DNA of 64,000 bases from an uncultured delta proteobacterium (GTDB taxonomy: Bacteria > Desulfobacterota > Binatia > UBA9968): the NCBI GenBank assembly GCA_963745035.1, contig CAVUVW010000011.1, positions 32,001-96,000 of the forward strand, written 5' to 3'. Each line of letters starts with the position of its first letter. Position 1 is the stretch's first letter. Below the pieces are notes generated by a model. It made no database searches, was not told the origin of the DNA, and worked only from the letters and a program-made list of their open reading frames with translations. Below, one piece after another: positions 20,535 to 31,060 of the stretch. Made by a program: the position numbers and the translations under genes.

Positions 20535-21275
20535 GTGCTGCAAGACAAAGTCGTCGTCATTACCGGCAGCGGCCAAGGCATCGGCAAGCACGCCGCGAAA
20601 ACTTTCGCCAAAGAAAAAGCCAAGGTCGTCATCGCCGACTTCAACGCCGATCTGGCGATGAAGACGGCGGCGGAAATCGGTCAAGCGACCGAGGCGCTCG
20701 CTGTGCACGCCGACGTGCGCGACGAAGACAGCGTTAAGAAGATGATCGATGAAGTCATCCGCCGGTTCGGGCGGATCGACGTGATGATGAACAACGCCGC
20801 CATCGTGCCGCACTTTGCCTGGAATATTCCGCGCTGGCCGCTCATCGCCGACATGCCGCTCGAGTTTTGGGACCGGGTGATGCGCACCAATCTCTATGGA
20901 ACGTTCTTCGGCACAAAGCACGTGATTCCTCACATGGCCAAGCAGAAATCCGGCCACATCATCAATCTTTACGGCGGCGGTGGTGTAAGACCCGGCGGCG
21001 CCGGGACGTACATGGTGACCAAGGACGGCATTCGCACTTTCACCCGGTACGTCGCCGAGGAAGTGCGCGATTCAAACGTGTGCGTGGTGACGTTCTCGCC
21101 GCGCGTGCCGATCGCGACCGAGACCGCGCCGGAAGAAGCGCTCAAGAGATTGCCGGGCCCGGAGATTCTTGGACAAGGCTTCGTGCTTTGCGCCCAGTTG
21201 CCGATGGAGCAAAGCGGGAAGTGCTTCGCCTACGAAAACGGCAAGCTGGTCGATGAGTCGGTGCGGGAAGGGTGA
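20535..21275 (+). CDS. SDR family oxidoreductase
   Basis: TGSGQGIG, NNAA, YxxxK (YMVTK). Confidence 0.9.
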   Translation: MLQDKVVVITGSGQGIGKHAAKTFAKEKAKVVIADFNADLAMKTAAEIGQATEALAVHADVRDEDSVKKMIDEVIRRFGRIDVMMNNAAIVPHFAWNIPRWPLIADMPLEFWDRVMRTNLYGTFFGTKHVIPHMAKQKSGHIINLYGGGGVRPGGAGTYMVTKDGIRTFTRYVAEEVRDSNVCVVTFSPRVPIATETAPEEALKRLPGPEILGQGFVLCAQLPMEQSGKCFAYENGKLVDESVREG

Positions 21276-21323
21276 AAAGAAGGCAACAGGCAGTAGGCAG
21301 CAGTTAAGACAAAGGGATAAAGA

Positions 21324-22343
21324 ATGACGGTGATTGATGCGGATGCGCATGTGATCGAGAGCGAATCGGCGTGGGACTACATGCTCGAATCCGAGCGGCA
21401 GTATCGTCCGCGGATTGTCGCCGCGGCGAGCGGGGATGCGGCGATTGATTTTTGGCACATCGACGGAAGGTTGATGCCGCGGACGAATGTGGAAAAGAAA
21501 TTGCCCGAAGCGGCTCGCGACATGAGCGACCTGAGCATCCGGATCAAGCACATGGACGAGCTCAACATCGACATGCAGGTGATCTATCCGACCATTTTTA
21601 TTTTTCCCACAGCGCGCCGGCCCGAGGTGGATCTCGCGATCTGCCGCAGTTACAACCGCTGGATGGCTGACATTGTTGCGAAAGCGCCGGAACGATTTCG
21701 CTGGGTGGTGGTTCCGCCGCTGCTCAACATGGACCGAGTCGCTGAGGAGTTGAGGTTTGGGAAAGAGCACGGCGCGTGCGGCGTGTACTTGCGCGGATTG
21801 GAGGCTGACCGCCGATTGAGCGATTCGTACTTCTATCCTTTATATGATGAGGCCAGCCGGCTCGATCTGCCGATCTGCGTTCACTCGGCCAACGGCAGCA
21901 TCGAATCGCATGATTTCTTTCTCGATGAGCCGGGCTTTTGCAAGTTCAAGCTCGCGGTCGTCGGCGCCTTTCATTCGCTGGTGAACGACGGTATTCCCGA
22001 ACGATTTCCCCGTTTGCGCATCGGTATTATCGAAGTCAGCGCCCAGTGGATTCCCTATGCGATCCATGATCTGGCGCGACGCCATACGCGCCGCGGTAAG
22101 AAGCTGAGCGACCAATTGCTCAAGGATAAACGGGTGTACGTCACGTGCCAGACCGACGACGATCTCGATTACATTCTTGGGTACGCCGGCGAAGATAATC
22201 TCGTGATCGGGACGGACTATGGCCACTCCGATAACGCAAGCGAGATCGAGGCGCTGCGCAAGCTCAGAACCGAGGGCCGATTGCCGGGTCGCGTGATCGA
22301 TAAGATTCTCGACGACAATCCGCGGGCGCTCTACGCGCTGTAG
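21324..22343 (+). CDS. Amidohydrolase_2 family protein
   Basis: IDADAH, YPT, CRSYNRW, GTDYGH. Confidence 0.9.
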   Translation: MTVIDADAHVIESESAWDYMLESERQYRPRIVAAASGDAAIDFWHIDGRLMPRTNVEKKLPEAARDMSDLSIRIKHMDELNIDMQVIYPTIFIFPTARRPEVDLAICRSYNRWMADIVAKAPERFRWVVVPPLLNMDRVAEELRFGKEHGACGVYLRGLEADRRLSDSYFYPLYDEASRLDLPICVHSANGSIESHDFFLDEPGFCKFKLAVVGAFHSLVNDGIPERFPRLRIGIIEVSAQWIPYAIHDLARRHTRRGKKLSDQLLKDKRVYVTCQTDDDLDYILGYAGEDNLVIGTDYGHSDNASEIEALRKLRTEGRLPGRVIDKILDDNPRALYAL

Positions 22344-22471
22344 CAGACTGCTGAAAAAGCCTCATATGCTTCGTTGCGCTCAATCGCCTCGCGTCAACGT
22401 ACTGCCGATGTACGCCTCCGCTCGTCGATTCATCGCGCGCCTTGCCTCTGAGATCTTTTTGAGCAGTCTGC
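22343..22471. mobile_element. MITE-like element
   Basis: 17-bp terminal IR GCAGACTGCTGAAAAAG / CTTTTTGAGCAGTCTGC (1 mismatch), no ORF. Confidence 0.7.
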
Positions 22472-22532
22472 AAGGAAAGGTTTGTCGGTAGACCAAAGAT
22501 GCAACAGCATTTCCGAATTTGGGGGTTGTAGC

Positions 22533-23570
22533 ATGTTGACCATCGATGCGGATGCGCATGTCATCGAGTGCGAGAAGACTTGGGATTATTTGGAGGGTGC
22601 CGACAAACGCTACCGGCCGGTGCCGATCGCTGTGGACATGCCTACAGGCAAGACGCAGAATTTTTGGATCATCGGCGGGCGGCTGATCGGCGGGCGCGAC
22701 AACATCGGCCAGGACACTTCGAAAGAGTCGCGCGAGATGGCCAATATCGATTCGCGCCTGAAACACATGGACGAGATCGGCACCGGCGTGCAGGTGCTTT
22801 ATCCAACGCTCTTTCTTCGCCCTGTGACCGACAATCCGCCCATCGAGCTGGCGCTTTGTCGTTCCTACAATCGCTGGATGGCGGACATCTGGTCCAAGGA
22901 CAAAAAACGTTTGCGCTGGGCGGTGCAGCTGCCGCTTTTGACCATGGACAAAGCGCTCGACGAGCTTCGCTGGTCGCACGGCAACGGAGCGTGCGCGGTA
23001 TTCATGCGCGGCATCGAGACCCATCACGTTTTGCACGATCCATATTTTTTTCCGCTCTACGAAGAGGCCAGCCGACTTAATATGCCGATCGGCATTCACT
23101 CGGGCATCGGCAATTTCACAGTCAACGAAATGTTGGGCGGTGAACCGTTCCGGGTGGCCAAGCTGATGGTGATCGGCGGCTTTCATTCCATGATTTTGAA
23201 CGGCATTCCGGAAAGATTTCCCAAGCTGCGCATCGGCGCCATCGAAGTGGCTGCGCAGTGGGTGCCGTATATCGTGCACGATCTCAATCTACGGTTCCCC
23301 AAGCTTGCCGGTAAGGAGGCGCGGCCGGACGTGCTGAGCGGCAGCAATCAGTTATTTGCGGCCTGTCAGACCGACGACGATCTTCCTTACGTGCTCAAGT
23401 ACGCGGGCGAGAATAGTCTCATGATCGGCTCGGATTACGGCCACGCGGACAACGCGAGCGAGTTGCTGGCTCTGGCGAAACTAAAAGAGAACGGCGAGAT
23501 CGATCCGGCAGTGATCGACAAGATTCTTTATTACAATCCGGCGAAGTTCTACGGGCTGGATCAGGATTAG
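22533..23570 (+). CDS. Amidohydrolase_2 family protein (paralog)
   Basis: IDADAH, CRSYNRW, GSDYGHAD. Confidence 0.9.
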   Translation: MLTIDADAHVIECEKTWDYLEGADKRYRPVPIAVDMPTGKTQNFWIIGGRLIGGRDNIGQDTSKESREMANIDSRLKHMDEIGTGVQVLYPTLFLRPVTDNPPIELALCRSYNRWMADIWSKDKKRLRWAVQLPLLTMDKALDELRWSHGNGACAVFMRGIETHHVLHDPYFFPLYEEASRLNMPIGIHSGIGNFTVNEMLGGEPFRVAKLMVIGGFHSMILNGIPERFPKLRIGAIEVAAQWVPYIVHDLNLRFPKLAGKEARPDVLSGSNQLFAACQTDDDLPYVLKYAGENSLMIGSDYGHADNASELLALAKLKENGEIDPAVIDKILYYNPAKFYGLDQD

Positions 23571-23633
23571 AAAAAGTGTTCGCGAACGTGGTTCGTTTCG
23601 CTAGATCAGGCAATGAAAGTTGAGCGGGGTGAT

Positions 23634-23749
23634 GGCCTAGCCTTTCCCCTTTGACGGGGAAAGGTTGGATAGGGGTGCCGTGAGCAAATGCAAGATCACC
23701 CCTTCCTTACCCTTCCCCGTCGAGGGGAAGGAATCAGGTCGGGCTAGGG
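23634..23749. repeat. Paired CCCCT..AGGGG palindromes (REP doublet)
   Basis: cctttcccctttgacggggaaagg and ccttccccgtcgaggggaagg in inverted arrangement. Confidence 0.65.
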
Positions 23750-23794
23750 CATGAGTAACCGAGAGAAAGCGAATGAGCTGAGGCCTTTGATCTA

Positions 23795-24919
23795 TTGCTG
23801 ACCGGCGGCACGGTTCTCAATCCAGCGACCGGGCTCAACGCAAAATTGGACGTCGGCGTGACCGGGGATCGAGTCACGGCGATTCAATCCAATATTCCAC
23901 GGGCCAACGCCAATAAGACTGTGGACGTCAGCGGCTGCTACGTCACGCCGGGGCTGATCGATTTTCACGTGCACAGCTATTGGGGCGTGAATCCTTACGG
24001 CTGCAATCTCGATTCCCTCTGTCTCGCGACCGGCGTGACTACCACGATGGATGCGGGCTCGGCGGGGCCGGTGAACTTTCTCGGCTTTCGCAAGCTGGTC
24101 TATGAGCAATCCAAGGCCCGCATGCTCGGTTTCGTCGCGCTGGCGCAGCATGGCGTGTTGAACACGCCGGGGGAATTGCTCAATCTCGGCTTTGCTGATT
24201 CGGATGGCGCCGCTGAAACGGTCGGCAACAACCGTGACATCGGCATCGGCATCAAGCTCCGGCTGCACAAAAAATCCATCGGCGACAACAGCCGCGAAGC
24301 TTTGCGCCTGGCGATCAAAGCAGGTGAGGCGACAAAGACGCCGATCATGGTGCATGTCGGCGACACGGCCATAGGCATGGACGAGATCGCCGATACTTTA
24401 CGCCCTGGCGACATCATCACGCATTGCTACACGCCGCAGCGGCCGTCGATCATCGATGATAAGGGCAAGCTCCTGCCGCTGGTGCGGAAAGCCAAGGAGC
24501 GCGGCGTGATCTTCGATGTCGGCCATGCGGGGGGGCACTTCGATTTCAATCTCGTCGAGCGTGCCATCGGTGAAGGGCTGGTGCCCGATATCATCAGCTC
24601 GGATTTGCACAGCCGGCTCGCGCAACCGGGCTTCGGCGTGGTCGGCGACTTGCCTACGACGTTGACGAAATTTCTACCTTTGGGGTTGAGCCTCGAGCAG
24701 ATCATTGCCAATTGTACAATCAACCCGGCCCGCGCCATCGGATGGCAGGATCGGATCGGCAGCCTGGAAGTCGGCCGCGAGGCCGACATTGCGGTACTGC
24801 AGGTTCTCGACGATCCCGTCACCCTGCGCGATTCGGTGGGCGCCGAGAAATTGCACAGGCAGCGCATCGCGGCGAAGTGGACAGTGCGTGCCGGGGAATT
24901 ATTTCAGGGCCGAGGCTAA
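23795..24919 (+). CDS. Dihydroorotase-like amidohydrolase/deacetylase (true start probably near 23773, indel)
   Basis: PGLIDFHVH, GVTTTMDAGSAG, DVGHAGGHF, ISSDLH. Confidence 0.85.
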   Translation: MLTGGTVLNPATGLNAKLDVGVTGDRVTAIQSNIPRANANKTVDVSGCYVTPGLIDFHVHSYWGVNPYGCNLDSLCLATGVTTTMDAGSAGPVNFLGFRKLVYEQSKARMLGFVALAQHGVLNTPGELLNLGFADSDGAAETVGNNRDIGIGIKLRLHKKSIGDNSREALRLAIKAGEATKTPIMVHVGDTAIGMDEIADTLRPGDIITHCYTPQRPSIIDDKGKLLPLVRKAKERGVIFDVGHAGGHFDFNLVERAIGEGLVPDIISSDLHSRLAQPGFGVVGDLPTTLTKFLPLGLSLEQIIANCTINPARAIGWQDRIGSLEVGREADIAVLQVLDDPVTLRDSVGAEKLHRQRIAAKWTVRAGELFQGRG

Positions 24920-24947
24920 TCGGCGCATCGCTCTTGGTGAAGTCGTA

Positions 24948-25053
24948 TGTCATTCTGAGGAGCTTTGCGACGAAGAATCTGCTTTTTCGCCTTCGTAGAT
25001 TAAGTGCGTTCGCTGAGTAAAAGCAGATCCTTCGCCATGGGCTCAGGATGACA
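24948..25053. repeat. TGTC-type REP doublet
   Basis: TGTCATTCTGAG...GAAGAATCTGCTTTT / AAAAGCAGATCCTTCG...CTCAGGATGACA. Confidence 0.75.
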
Positions 25054-25113
25054 GAAAGTAGAGTTGACGTGTCGTAACCAGCATTTCGCGCTAGCTACTT
25101 TCATGGAGGATTT

Positions 25114-25821
25114 ATGCCTTGGGAAAATGTTCAGGTCGATAATTCGAGGATGAGAGTCTATCTGAGCCAACCGGAGAGTTCTCGGCCGGCTCCGGCTATC
25201 GTCGTGGTTCAGGGACAGACGGGCGTGGATGACTTTGTGAAATTCTCGGACTTGGTCGCCACGCATGGCATCGTTGCGGCGGCGCCGGACCTGTATCATC
25301 GCGATCCGCCGGACTGCAAGGACGATGCGCCGACCCGGCGCATGAGACTGCGCGACGCGACGGTGATCCAGGACATCAATGCCACGGTCAATTTTCTGAA
25401 GTCGCACAAGTCCGTCGATCCGAGCGGCATCGGGATCGTTGGATTTTGTATGGGTGGGCGAATCGTCTATCTGATGTCTGCGGTCAATCCGGATATCAAA
25501 GCCGGCGTGATGTATTACGGCGGCGATACGTTCTCTGCGTGGGGCGAGGGCAAATCCCCATTCGAGCGGACGAAAGACATTCGCTGTCCGATTATGGGTC
25601 ACTTCGGCGAGGACGATAAAAATCCATCGCCCGCGGATATGAAGAAGCTCGACGCCGAATTGACCAAATTCGACAAGCCGCACGAATTTTACTCTTATCC
25701 GAACGCGGCCCACGCCTTCGCCAATTTCGGCTCAGGCGCTTATCGCGAGCACGCGGCCAACGCGTCGTGGCCGCGGACTTTCGGATTTTTCGCGAAACAT
25801 CTTAAGGGAAATAAATCCTAA
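25114..25821 (+). CDS. Dienelactone hydrolase family protein
   Basis: APDLYHR, GFCMGG nucleophile, YPNAAHAF. Confidence 0.92.
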   Translation: MPWENVQVDNSRMRVYLSQPESSRPAPAIVVVQGQTGVDDFVKFSDLVATHGIVAAAPDLYHRDPPDCKDDAPTRRMRLRDATVIQDINATVNFLKSHKSVDPSGIGIVGFCMGGRIVYLMSAVNPDIKAGVMYYGGDTFSAWGEGKSPFERTKDIRCPIMGHFGEDDKNPSPADMKKLDAELTKFDKPHEFYSYPNAAHAFANFGSGAYREHAANASWPRTFGFFAKHLKGNKS

Positions 25822-25965
25822 CGCGTTCAAATCGTTCAAGCCGTTCAAAACGTTCAAGTGGTTCGAAGAGCGGCATGGCTGCGAACTCGCGATAAACTTG
25901 GCGCATTGACAGGAATGAGGCGCATGTACTAGACCAGCACCGTCGCGAAGAGAGGAGGATCCGAG

Positions 25966-27003
25966 ATGAGACACTCGATTGATTTTCCGTCTTCTTACCG
26001 GTCTTTGAGGGTTTGCCGCAGGCTTGCTCTCATTCTCGTGGCCGCGCTTCTTGTGCCTAGTCCCGTCTTGGCGCAGGCGCTCAAAAAAGTTCCGTTTCCC
26101 TTTTCGCCCATCGGTCTCAATTGCCTCCCGTGGTTCGTCGCCAAAGATGCCCGCATCTTCGAAAAGCACGGGATAGAATTCGATCCGGTTTTTATCGGCG
26201 CTTCGTCCGCGCTCTTCAACGCTATGCTATCGGGCGCGGCCGATTTCGCGGGATCGGGTGGTCCTGCGGTGATATCCAATATTTTGCAGGGTGGCGACGT
26301 TATCCATATTACCGCCATGGTGCCGCGCTTTACCCAATCGATCATGGTGAAGGCGGACATCAGGAAGCCCGAGGACATGGCGAACAAGAAGATCGGCGTC
26401 AGCCGGCTCGGCACGGTGACCCATTTCGCCTTGCAAACCCTATTGGATGGTCATGGCATCAAGAACGTAACGATTCTCCAGATGGGCGGGCAGCCTGAGG
26501 CTTTCGCAGGTTTGAGCCGCGGCTCGGTGGACGGCGCGGTATTCTCGCCGCCCTATAACTTTCAACTGAAGAAGCAGGGTTATAACGAGCTGGCGTCGCC
26601 AAGCGATCTCGCCAAACTTACGCCGTTCATTACAAACGGCATTGTCGCGCGCCGCTCGGTTGCCGAGAAGGACAAAGACACGGTGATCAAGGTAATCAAA
26701 GGCACCGCGGAGGCGATAAAGATCATTCAAACCGACAGGGAATTTACCAAGAAAGTCATGAGCAAGTGGATGCCGATGAAAGACGCGGATCTGGCGGAAC
26801 AATCGTACCGCTTCGCGACTGAGAATTATTCCAAGGAAGGTATCGTCCCGGAACCTGCACTACGCGGGATGGTCAAGCAAATGGTGCAGAGCAATCTCAT
26901 CGACGCCAAGGCGGCGGCGAGCACGCCGGTGACCGCGTATTATGATAATCGCTACGTCGAGGAAGTGAAGCGATCGGGGTTTTTCGATCAACTGTGGAGA
27001 TAG
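25966..27003 (+). CDS. NMT1/THI5-like ABC substrate-binding protein
   Basis: Signal peptide; VAKDARIFEKHG, KKIGVSRLG. Confidence 0.82.
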   Translation: MRHSIDFPSSYRSLRVCRRLALILVAALLVPSPVLAQALKKVPFPFSPIGLNCLPWFVAKDARIFEKHGIEFDPVFIGASSALFNAMLSGAADFAGSGGPAVISNILQGGDVIHITAMVPRFTQSIMVKADIRKPEDMANKKIGVSRLGTVTHFALQTLLDGHGIKNVTILQMGGQPEAFAGLSRGSVDGAVFSPPYNFQLKKQGYNELASPSDLAKLTPFITNGIVARRSVAEKDKDTVIKVIKGTAEAIKIIQTDREFTKKVMSKWMPMKDADLAEQSYRFATENYSKEGIVPEPALRGMVKQMVQSNLIDAKAAASTPVTAYYDNRYVEEVKRSGFFDQLWR

Positions 27004-27019
27004 CGATGACGCCGTTGCT

Positions 27020-28012
27020 TTACTGCTTGTATAGCTTGCCGATAAAGCCTTCCTTTTCCAGCTCGGCGACGATGGAGTCGTCGACGATGTCATCGACCTT
27101 CACAGTCGATCCGGGCTTTTTGGACAACGCGTCCTTAAGTTGTATGTCCATGCCTTCACGGGTCACGTAAGGAACCCGGTCGAAGAGCTTGGCGTTGATC
27201 TCGTGGGCGGCCTCCAAATAGGCTTCGTCATTGTGGCGTGAGTATTTGGCAAGGATCTTCTTGCTCTCTTCCTTGCGCGTCTTGAAGAAATGCACGCCTT
27301 CGGTGAGCGCCATGACCAGGCGTTTTACCGTGGGCCGGTTGCTCGCGAGATAGGCCTTGGTGGTCGTGCCGCAGATGTAAGGAAAAGGATAGGGCTTGGG
27401 AAATTCCGCGGTGCTTACCAGGACGCGCTGCGGCATGCCTTTCGTCAGATGGAGCACTCCCGGGGGCGCAGGGAATGCGGCGATCTTGCCGGTGCGGAAA
27501 GCCGCAGCCCGTTCGCCCGAGCCGCCGACTTGAATGATCGCCACGTCTTTGTCCGGCTCCAGTCCGAGATGCTTGAGAAAGACGCGCGCGATCACGTCCG
27601 ATGAGCTGCCGATGCGGCTGATGCCGATGCTCTTTCCTTTCAATTGTTCTTTGGATTTGATCGATTCCTGCACGATCAACTCATAGGGCAGAGTGTTCAT
27701 GAAGCAAGCGACGGCGACGAGATTCGCGCCGCTGACCGCGGCGCTGGCGATGGTGCCGCCAGTGCCATTGCCGAACTTGAGTTGTCCGGCGACAAGCACG
27801 GCCACATTGGTGGAGGACGCTGGAATAAAAATCGACTCCACGTCCATGCCGTATTTTTTATAAAGTCCTTTTTCCTGGGCGATGTACCAGTTGGCGCTCG
27901 GCGCATCGACGGAGCTGTAAGAAACCGTGAGCTTCTCCTGGCTCAAAGCATGGGAACTGACCAAACAGAGCGTAAAGCTCGCCAGAACTATTGTACGGCA
28001 ATATCTGTGCAT
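27020..28012 (-). CDS. NMT1/THI5-like ABC substrate-binding protein
   Basis: IAQEKGLYKKYG, LKGKSIGISRIGSSS; GGAGG RBS. Confidence 0.82.
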   Translation of the reverse strand: MHRYCRTIVLASFTLCLVSSHALSQEKLTVSYSSVDAPSANWYIAQEKGLYKKYGMDVESIFIPASSTNVAVLVAGQLKFGNGTGGTIASAAVSGANLVAVACFMNTLPYELIVQESIKSKEQLKGKSIGISRIGSSSDVIARVFLKHLGLEPDKDVAIIQVGGSGERAAAFRTGKIAAFPAPPGVLHLTKGMPQRVLVSTAEFPKPYPFPYICGTTTKAYLASNRPTVKRLVMALTEGVHFFKTRKEESKKILAKYSRHNDEAYLEAAHEINAKLFDRVPYVTREGMDIQLKDALSKKPGSTVKVDDIVDDSIVAELEKEGFIGKLYKQ

Positions 28013-28188
28013 GGCTGTGACCTCCGTTTGTCGCATCCTAGGGTAAGGTAAGCGCGACGGTCAAGACGCTTAATCTTTCCGTCAAGCCAGGCAACGCGAA
28101 CGAGGATGTGTGTTGACGATGCCGTGTTTGGTCGGCTAGTGTTTTGGACAGGTGCCGTGCTGCCACTATCCTCGCGAAGGAGAACCCC

Positions 28189-28473
28189 ATGCTTTCCGCC
28201 ATCGTGCTTTTGAACACCGAACGAGACAAGACCAACAAAGTTGCCGAGGCGCTGGCCGACACGGACGGCGTCAGCGAAGTTTATTCAGTCGCCGGACGCT
28301 ACGATCTCGCCGCGATCGTGCGGGCGAGCGACAATGACCAATTGGCGAAAATCGTGACCGAGCACATTCGCGCAGTGCCCGGCATTACGACTTCGGAAAC
28401 GCTGATCGCGTTTCGAGTCTATTCGCGCCACGATCTGGAGCGGATGTTCTCGATCGGGATGGAGAAAGTTTGA
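28189..28473 (+). CDS. Lrp/AsnC ligand-binding domain protein (no HTH)
   Basis: GVSEVYSVAGRYDL, GITTSETLIAF. Confidence 0.85.
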   Translation: MLSAIVLLNTERDKTNKVAEALADTDGVSEVYSVAGRYDLAAIVRASDNDQLAKIVTEHIRAVPGITTSETLIAFRVYSRHDLERMFSIGMEKV

Positions 28474-28560
28474 ACACGTTCAAGACGTTCAAGTCGTTTT
28501 AACGGTCAAATGATTTTCGGACATCGAGGTGGAGGTCCAGATCCAAGGTTCAGTTTTCGC

Positions 28561-28598
28561 AAAAAAATGGGGCAGAGTGAGAATTTACTCTGCCCCAT
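28561..28598 (-). terminator. Rho-independent terminator
   Basis: ATGGGGCAGAGT/ACTCTGCCCCAT stem followed by a U-run on the minus strand. Confidence 0.75.
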
Positions 28599-28620
28599 TA
28601 AAATTGAAACATAGAGGCTG

Positions 28621-28896
28621 TTATCGTCCGTCGATCGTCTTTACTCGAACGTCGCCTCCACCCCGATCATCAAAGAGGATCTTTACCTTGGTGCCGTCCT
28701 TGAGAAGATCGGCCTTCTCTTTGGCGTCCGCGCTGCTTACTTTGGCCTTCTGCTCCCAGTCTTTGCCCTTAACGGTAACCATGCGGGATTCTTTGTCGTA
28801 ACCCGAAATCGTCCCGTTTTTTTCCTGGGCGTAGCTTACTGCCGGAGCGAGCGCCAGCGCCAAGAAAATACCCATCACTTGGTTCCTTAACTTCAT
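28621..28896 (-). CDS. Small exported protein (OB-fold-like, unknown function)
   Basis: AGGAGG RBS, signal peptide, own terminator. Confidence 0.75.
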   Translation of the reverse strand: MKLRNQVMGIFLALALAPAVSYAQEKNGTISGYDKESRMVTVKGKDWEQKAKVSSADAKEKADLLKDGTKVKILFDDRGGGDVRVKTIDGR

Positions 28897-29053
28897 GTGT
28901 TGTTCACCTCCTTTCGATCGTAAAGTGCACCTTCTTCCTGGAAGGGCTAAACGATATTTCTAGAATAAATCTCTCTACAGTGTAAAGAGTTTCCGCCGAG
29001 TGGAGCGGGCTCCTCCCCATTTTCCGACTTTAGTCGCACGCGGCGAAACCGGT

Positions 29054-30541
29054 TCAGCGCCTGCGTGCCAGTTGAATGATCAGCGGCACGATGAGCAGCA
29101 GCAAGGAAATAGCCAGGATCGTCGCGGAGATCGGCTGGGTGATAAATACCGTGGCATCGCCCTGGCTGATGGCGAGCGCGCGGCGCGCTTGGGTTTCGGC
29201 GAGCGGGCCGAGAATCAAGCCGATCACCGCCGGGGCGACCGGAATATTCCAACGGCGCATGACGAAGCCCAGTAAACCGAAGATATAAAGGATGATGAGA
29301 TCGACCACGGACTGGTGCAGGCTGTAAGCGCCAAGAGTGGCAAAAACCAAGATCCCGCCGTAGAGCAGCGGCCGCGGGATCGCCAGTACCTTCACCCAGA
29401 TTCCCACCAGCGGCAGGTTGAGAATTAACAGCAACACGTTGCCGATATACAAGCTCGCGAGCAGGCCCCACACCAAATCTCCCTGGGTTTGAAAGAGCAG
29501 CGGCCCAGGTTGGATGCCGTAGTTTTGAAAAGCGCTTAGCAAGATCGCCGCGGTCGCCGAAGTCGGAATGCCCAAGGTCAGCAAAGGCACGAGCGCGCCC
29601 GTGACGGAAGCGTTGTTTGCCGCCTCCGGTCCGGCGACGCCTTCAATCGCGCCTTTGCCGAACTCTTCCGGATGCTTGGTCAGTCTTTTTTCAGTCGCAT
29701 ACGAGAGAAACGTTGGAATTTCCGCGCCGCCGGCCGGCACCGAACCGAATGGAAACCCGATGCCGGTCGCGCGCAGCCAGGCAGGCCACGAGCGCTGCCA
29801 GTCCTCCTTAGACATCCAGAGCGAGCCTTTAAGTTGTTCCAGTTTTTCTTCGAGCCGGCTGGAGTAGGCGGCGACGTAAAGCGCTTCGCCGACCGCGAAT
29901 AGTCCTACCGCCAGTACGACCACGTCGATGCCGTCGAGCAACTCGGGTACGCCGAAGGCGAAGCGCGATCTGCCGGTCTGACTATCGATGCCGACGACGC
30001 CCAGCAGCAGGCCGAGAAAAAGGCTCGTCAGGCCGCGTGAGGTCGAGCTGCCGATGACGGCCGAGACTGTAGTAAACGCAAAAATCATCAACGCGAAATA
30101 TTCCGCCGGGCCGAATTTTAGTGCCAGCTCGACGACAATCGGCGCGAGCAGCGTGACGAGGATCGTCGCGATCGTTCCCGCGACGAACGACCCGATGGCA
30201 CTTGTCGCCAGTGCCGGACCCGCGCGGCCTTTCTTGGCCATCAAGTTGCCTTCGAGGGCCGTGGCGATGGAGGCGGACTCTCCCGGCGTGTTGAGCAGAA
30301 TCGTCGTCGTCGAACCGCCGTACATCGCTCCGTAGTAAATGCCGGCGAACATGATGAGCGCGCCGGTGGGATCGAGTTTTATGGTGAGCGGCATGAGCAT
30401 CGCCACGGTGAGCGCGGGGCCGACGCCGGGGAGGACGCCGATGAAGGTGCCGAGCGTAACGCCGATGAACCCCCAGAGCAGGTTGATCGGCGTGAGCGCG
30501 ATGCTGAAGCCCTGGAGAAGTGAATTAAGCGCGTCGGGCAT
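29054..30541 (-). CDS. tctA: Tripartite tricarboxylate transporter large permease
   Basis: [30 protein letters not shown]. Confidence 0.93.
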   Translation of the reverse strand: MPDALNSLLQGFSIALTPINLLWGFIGVTLGTFIGVLPGVGPALTVAMLMPLTIKLDPTGALIMFAGIYYGAMYGGSTTTILLNTPGESASIATALEGNLMAKKGRAGPALATSAIGSFVAGTIATILVTLLAPIVVELALKFGPAEYFALMIFAFTTVSAVIGSSTSRGLTSLFLGLLLGVVGIDSQTGRSRFAFGVPELLDGIDVVVLAVGLFAVGEALYVAAYSSRLEEKLEQLKGSLWMSKEDWQRSWPAWLRATGIGFPFGSVPAGGAEIPTFLSYATEKRLTKHPEEFGKGAIEGVAGPEAANNASVTGALVPLLTLGIPTSATAAILLSAFQNYGIQPGPLLFQTQGDLVWGLLASLYIGNVLLLILNLPLVGIWVKVLAIPRPLLYGGILVFATLGAYSLHQSVVDLIILYIFGLLGFVMRRWNIPVAPAVIGLILGPLAETQARRALAISQGDATVFITQPISATILAISLLLLIVPLIIQLARRR

Positions 30542-30550
30542 TTGAAGCGA

Positions 30551-31051
30551 TCAAATGCCCGCGCCGCCGAGGATTGGCCGCAGCCAGCCGGCGGGGAGGT
30601 TGACGTTCAAAAATTTTACGAAGAACAGAAATACGACGAGACCCAAGACCAGTCCAATAGCGAGATCCCGCGGTATCTTGGCGCTGCCGAAGCCGCGCGC
30701 AACGCAGGCGAAGAGCACCGCTTGCGCGATCACGAAACCGCCGGTGTGGATCAGCAACATTTGCGCGAATAGGCCGATGCTCACCCAAATGAACGCGCCG
30801 GTATGAAAGGCATGCTCGCCGCGCGCCGCAGGATCATCGGAGATGGCGTTGCGCCATCCGCCGGAAAACGCTTCGATGGCCAGCCAAACGCCGAGCAGGA
30901 TAAGACCGCCAGCGATCACCGCGGGAGCGGCGTTTGGCCCCACGCGCGCGTAACCGCCGGCACTCGACAATTGCGACGCGCCCACCGCCACAGCGATTCC
31001 CAAGGCGAGCACCGCCAAGGAGAGAATCGCCTCCGCGGGCTTGGCTTTCAT
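30551..31051 (-). CDS. tctB: Tripartite tricarboxylate transporter small permease
   Basis: Multiple TM segments, VGP motif, position in operon. Confidence 0.85.
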   Translation of the reverse strand: MKAKPAEAILSLAVLALGIAVAVGASQLSSAGGYARVGPNAAPAVIAGGLILLGVWLAIEAFSGGWRNAISDDPAARGEHAFHTGAFIWVSIGLFAQMLLIHTGGFVIAQAVLFACVARGFGSAKIPRDLAIGLVLGLVVFLFFVKFLNVNLPAGWLRPILGGAGI

Positions 31052-31060
31052 TGGGGCTCT

